Shown here: positions 60,111 to 64,000 of the stretch, piece by piece
Position numbering within the stretch: position 1 is the first letter of the stretch
Layout: every line of letters begins with the position of its first letter
Virus record (IMG/VR): IMGVR_UViG_3300031853_000006
Span: 32,001 to 96,000 of that record
Length of the DNA stretch: 64,000 nt
Direction: 5' to 3' (one strand)
Source: a virus
Lineage: Duplodnaviria; Caudoviricetes
Made by a program: the position numbers and the translations under genes
The notes under the pieces: model-generated
Seen by the model: only the letters and a program-made list of their open reading frames with translations
Told to the model about the DNA's origin: nothing
Databases searched by the model: none

Positions 60111-60815
60111 ATGAAAAAGATTATAGTAACAGCTTTGTTGCTTTTTGTAGCAACGGTAGTTGTCAGTAGTAACTCTGCGGCCAAAGAAGTCAAAGAGCCA
60201 TTAGGTAAATGGTACATTTCGAGCTACAAGCCGAGTGATAACACTCCGGCAGGCAGCTATCAAACATCATCAGGAGCCCGTGCTATTCCGTGGGCTACTT
60301 GTGCTGTTGACCAGAGAGACCCGCTTGTGCCCATAGGGACAACAATTGAAATTGAGGGACTAGGCAGATTCAAGGTCAACGATTATGGTGGCTTCGGAAG
60401 TTACAACGGAGGCCGACGAGCAGTTGACGTATTCATCAATGACAGCGATGCGGGATTCTTAGTAGAGAGGAAAGTGTACCTTATTCGTGAAGAAACACCT
60501 CTCGAAAAGACAAACAGAGTACTCAAGGAACGACGAGAAGCACAGGCTAAACCATTCAAAGTACTTCATGATCCTCGATTGCTTCCTTGGCAAGTAATTA
60601 CAGATCCAAAGATTGTACCGTCGGGTAACATCACTATACAGTGGAAGATGGATAAGTTTCAGCCGTTCCAAGTTCTCGAAGTAGTTGATACTAAGAAGAA
60701 TATTGGTAATGTCATCTATGTAGGTGATTTCCATAGAGCATCTGTATACAGAGAGGTATCATTACACGAGGTACACGAGAAAGAGTCAGGATATGGTCAA
60801 GCAGATCGGACTTAA
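60111..60815 (+). CDS. Secreted 3D-domain protein (cell-wall-binding / lytic-transglycosylase-like)
   Basis: Signal peptide; TSSG...CAVD...VPIGT.IEIEG...D.GG...VDVF. Confidence 0.75.
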   Translation: MKKIIVTALLLFVATVVVSSNSAAKEVKEPLGKWYISSYKPSDNTPAGSYQTSSGARAIPWATCAVDQRDPLVPIGTTIEIEGLGRFKVNDYGGFGSYNGGRRAVDVFINDSDAGFLVERKVYLIREETPLEKTNRVLKERREAQAKPFKVLHDPRLLPWQVITDPKIVPSGNITIQWKMDKFQPFQVLEVVDTKKNIGNVIYVGDFHRASVYREVSLHEVHEKESGYGQADRT

Positions 60816-60905
60816 AGCCAATCTTTTATAAGATAAGATGTATTGTTCATCTGTGTTAGCATTTCCCGACTAGGTCCGAGCAGCAGAAAGGAGCAACAAA
60901 CTAAT

Positions 60906-61820
60906 ATGAAACAGGTAACTGATAACGACATCACAATTTGTGGACACGGAGGCGGAAGGCCTTCTGTCAAGAATCTAAGAGTGTATTCTCAGAATCGCTA
61001 CAATCAGCGAGCTGCTAATCGTGTCCATAAGGGCATCGTAGAAGTGAGACGGTTGAAGCTCATGACAGATGCAGATCGTAAGAAGTTTGTAAAAGCGTAT
61101 AAGACGATTCTAGGTAGAAACTTCTATAGTCAGATATTAAGAGCTCACGTATACAAGAAGTATAAAGATGGAAGATACTACAGCGATTGTAGTTCATCCG
61201 GGATGGCAGCATTCAACAAGATTGGTCTTAGCACCGGCGGGTTGCTTAGCACTGCGGGAATTCACAGTAGCTCTAAGTTCAAAACCGTTCCGGTCACAAT
61301 CAAAGCTGGCCACATTATGGATCCTTGGAAACTCCAAGTAGGAGACTGCATACTGTTTGCAGGATCTGATCCATCTAGACCTAAACAGATTGGCCATGTA
61401 GAATACGTATATAAAGTTCCAGGAGTAGAGTGCACCGTATCTACTAAGTGCTCAATCCGTCAGAAGAAAGATCAGCTTGCAAAGCGTCTGAAGACACATT
61501 TTGCAAGTGATCGCATCAGAATCTTAGAAGATTGTAAAGACGGATGGAGCCTATGCACAGACGGGAGCGTACTTGGCTACGTTAAGAACCGTGCAATTAA
61601 ACGAGTAGGCAAGTCGAATTATCCAGTAGGGTCTGTCACTCATGATTGCAAGTTGCACATGAAACCGAGTTCTACATCGAAAGCAACTGGAACGATCAAT
61701 TCAGAAACTGCAATCAAGATTGTTACAATGCGCAAGAAGTGGACCTATGTCAACTTAACTGACACTAAGGGAGCTAAACTTAGCGGATGGATCCCGACGA
61801 AGCATGTGTCTTATAAATAA
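60906..61820 (+). CDS. NlpC/P60-like peptidoglycan hydrolase with SH3b domains
   Basis: YSQ..R...SDCSS...GD...GHVE; C-terminal GYV and GWIP SH3 motifs. Confidence 0.75.
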   Translation: MKQVTDNDITICGHGGGRPSVKNLRVYSQNRYNQRAANRVHKGIVEVRRLKLMTDADRKKFVKAYKTILGRNFYSQILRAHVYKKYKDGRYYSDCSSSGMAAFNKIGLSTGGLLSTAGIHSSSKFKTVPVTIKAGHIMDPWKLQVGDCILFAGSDPSRPKQIGHVEYVYKVPGVECTVSTKCSIRQKKDQLAKRLKTHFASDRIRILEDCKDGWSLCTDGSVLGYVKNRAIKRVGKSNYPVGSVTHDCKLHMKPSSTSKATGTINSETAIKIVTMRKKWTYVNLTDTKGAKLSGWIPTKHVSYK

Positions 61821-61841
61821 TCACGCGGAGGACGCTTAACA

Positions 61842-62081
61842 ATGGAAAGAATATGCTGCATAGCTATTAAAAGCTCTACAAAGATATCGTATGTATCGTT
61901 CGGAAACTATGCAACAGTCGCAGACATCATAGAAGTACTAGATGAGGAGGTTGCTGATCTGAATGGGACATCTTATCAAATTGTTGGAGTAGGCTTCTTC
62001 TCTAATTCAGATTCAAAAGCCCTCTTTAAGATGATCTCAGATTGGGAAGAGGAGATTGCAAAGCGACTTGAAGCTGATTAG
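61842..62081 (+). CDS. Hypothetical protein
   Basis: GGAGG RBS. Confidence 0.5.
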   Translation: MERICCIAIKSSTKISYVSFGNYATVADIIEVLDEEVADLNGTSYQIVGVGFFSNSDSKALFKMISDWEEEIAKRLEAD

Positions 62082-62342
62082 GTACAAATCGTTAAATAAA
62101 CTGAAGCCTAATATTCACTTTACTTACAATGCTTAGTACGGGTGCGCCTGACAAGCTTTGTAGATATTTCCGCTAGCGCAAATTGTCCTGTGCAAAGTCT
62201 GATAACGCACGTTGCACCGCCTTTCTTTTTCCGAAGATTAAACCCACATGCGCTAGCGGTATTATCAGCTAATCCTGGCGGCATAGCTCTGATTAATCAG
62301 GTCTAGCCGCCATTGAATTGTTCCGTACAAAGGAGACTAGCC

Positions 62343-62549
62343 ATGACGACAAAGAATGTTACAAGACTCGATGAACTAGAAAACGGAGAAAGATTCAACT
62401 ACAACGGCAGCACGTTTGTACGTATTAAAAAGATCTCTACTCACTCTAAGTACGAAAAAGACGTGTATCTCTGCAAAGGGCCAACTGGAGAGATGCTTTT
62501 TAGTGCCGACGCGGAAGTAGATCCGTATCAGCATCGATTGAAACTGTAA
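62343..62549 (+). CDS. Hypothetical protein
   Basis: AAGGAG RBS before MTTKN. Confidence 0.5.
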   Translation: MTTKNVTRLDELENGERFNYNGSTFVRIKKISTHSKYEKDVYLCKGPTGEMLFSADAEVDPYQHRLKL

Positions 62550-62568
62550 AAAGGAGCAACAATAGCCA

Positions 62569-62751
62569 ATGGACGAAGAAACAACATTAAGATGTGCTAA
62601 CTGCGGAAGAGTCTTGGATCACAACGTCTCAGATGACAAAAGGGTATGCAGGGACTGCAGTGCTAAACTTGCGTGTGCATACAAGAAGCCAATGCAACTT
62701 AAGAAAGACAACGATGACAAGACGCGTATTCGCATCAATTGTTTGAGGTAG
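62569..62751 (+). CDS. Small Zn-finger protein
   Basis: CANCG...CRDC. Confidence 0.55.
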   Translation: MDEETTLRCANCGRVLDHNVSDDKRVCRDCSAKLACAYKKPMQLKKDNDDKTRIRINCLR

Positions 62752-62763
62752 GAGGGTGTAGCA

Positions 62764-63036
62764 ATGACAGAAAATGAACAAAAATGTTATATGTGCGGCG
62801 CCGAACATCCTCCGTATCCGTACCACGGTAAGATGTTGTGTCCTAACTGCCTGGCCACATTGGTAAGTCTCAGCAAAGCTTATGGGTACTCAGTTGATGA
62901 TCTGATCGAATACTTTGAGCCGCAGCGGGAAGAGATAGAGGCCCATCGTGCATATTGGCAAAACGCCATGAGGATTATTGAAGAATGTGCAGACTACGTC
63001 TACGACGACGTAGTGTACAGTGACGTCTGGGAGTGA
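62764..63036 (+). CDS. Small Zn-finger protein
   Basis: CYMCG...LCPNC. Confidence 0.55.
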   Translation: MTENEQKCYMCGAEHPPYPYHGKMLCPNCLATLVSLSKAYGYSVDDLIEYFEPQREEIEAHRAYWQNAMRIIEECADYVYDDVVYSDVWE

Positions 63037-63092
63037 GGTAAGAATGTAAACTCGCTCCTATCGCTATGTTATCTAATCTTTCAAAAAAAGTC

Positions 63093-63121
63093 TTGACAAA
63101 CTCATATAAATATCATATAAT
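63093..63121 (+). promoter_or_regulatory. Conserved early sigma-A promoter
   Basis: TTGACA-17-TATAAT. Confidence 0.85.
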
Positions 63122-63188
63122 ATAAGTGAACCTACTCCTAAATCGTTAAGTATTTTGCTACCTAACAAAGATTGGAGGACAATAACAG

Positions 63189-63446
63189 TTGGACAATACT
63201 AATGAAGCACCGCTCCGTCCCGAAGAAATTACACTTGGGTTCTTTTATCTAATGTGGTCACGCGATCCAGATGCAACACAACGTATTCGTGTACATACAC
63301 AAGAGGGAGGTAAGTGGAAATTACTCCCGCCTATACTCTCTGCGATAGAAACACACGGCCATCTGCATTTGAAAAACGTACAGTGCAGTGAAGATGTGCT
63401 CGACATTTACTTGCTACAGGAGGACACAGCCTATGGCTCTAATTGA
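63189..63446 (+). CDS. Hypothetical protein
   Basis: GGAGG RBS, TTG start. Confidence 0.5.
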   Translation: MDNTNEAPLRPEEITLGFFYLMWSRDPDATQRIRVHTQEGGKWKLLPPILSAIETHGHLHLKNVQCSEDVLDIYLLQEDTAYGSN

Positions 63447-63723
63447 ATTCATCTTTTCTAGTTTCTGGACATTCTTGGGAACATTGTTGTTACTTGGTGT
63501 CCTGTTAGATGGAGTTGTTTCAATCATTGCAGCAGTGCGTGATTCGTCTAAGAAGGTCAATCGCAAGCTAGACCATTCAGATAAAGCGTGGAGCCAGCTG
63601 ATCGAAGAAATTGAACGGCTACCGGTAACCAATAATAACGAAGCGGAGTTCAAGAAACTGGTAATGAACACAGTAGTTTACTACTACGGATATTCAAGGA
63701 GGTATGATCATGAGGAGAGCTAG
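63433..63723 (+). CDS. Membrane-anchored hypothetical protein
   Basis: EFIFSSFWTFLG TM motif; AGGAGG RBS. Confidence 0.55.
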   Translation: MALIEFIFSSFWTFLGTLLLLGVLLDGVVSIIAAVRDSSKKVNRKLDHSDKAWSQLIEEIERLPVTNNNEAEFKKLVMNTVVYYYGYSRRYDHEES

Positions 63724-64000
63724 AAGACGTAACACAAGTGGCAGGCCGATAGACAGGTCAAAGCGGTCTAATCACCGATGTCTTAATTGCACTCATTTTT
63801 GCTATGTAGATGGGACCATTGGGAAGACCTGCTGCGAGCTGACAGGTGACCCTAAGACATTCTACAACAGTTGTGCGAAGTTAGAATGGGATCCGGAGCT
63901 CATCTATACGGAGCCGCTTGAGCAGGAACCCGAAATCGTAGAAGAATGGAGTTGTGAAGTAGATGATTTCTACGACACTGACCCGTATACAGCTGCTGTT

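Noticed and set aside
1-64000. CRISPR array, tRNA or rRNA genes
   Set aside because: No regularly spaced repeat-spacer series, cloverleaf or rRNA motifs seen by eye; tRNAscan was not run
1-64000. Stop-codon reassignment as in some large gut phages
   Set aside because: Core genes are full length in code 11 and TAA, TAG and TGA all terminate genes; the broken tube gene is explained by introns
1-64000. Complete DGR (RT, Avd, template repeat) or an invertase inside the window
   Set aside because: No RT YxDD-type ORF, AAC-rich template repeat or recombinase recognised; only target-like regions are present

Overview
This window is a 64-kb segment of a large myovirus-type (contractile-tailed) phage. 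Strong AAGGAGG RBSs, sigma-A-type promoters, and RecU-like, YodL-like and Gram-positive lysin genes point to a Bacillota, probably Clostridia, host. It uses the standard genetic code. The structural module comprises TerS/TerL, portal, neck and tail-terminator proteins, sheath and a distant tail-tube gene. Other genes include an NAD-dependent ligase, ThyX-like, HD, SDR, two GT2 glycosyltransferases and lysins. The most notable features are: (1) two tail-fibre loci whose C-terminal C-type-lectin-like tips can be swapped by inversion between exact 84-, 48- and 45-bp inverted repeats, with tip ends that also carry a DGR-type variable-region codon signature; (2) a tail-tube gene split by two ORF-less group I introns around a ~27-nt micro-exon and flanked by free-standing nuclease-family genes; (3) a family of mostly late genes sharing an N-terminal MK(R/K)xIx(A/S)(A/S) leader, including a 678-aa acidic protein punctuated by the same motif, which may be a capsid-targeted, protease-processed cargo or polyprotein system; (4) six small genes with a conserved N-terminus and unrelated bodies, each with its own TCGACCTT promoter; (5) three readable promoter classes; (6) a solo TnpB behind a phage late-type promoter; (7) a catalytically dead LigA paralogue between terminase and portal; (8) two candidate pseudoknotted RNAs. 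All family assignments come from motif recognition by eye; no database searches were run.
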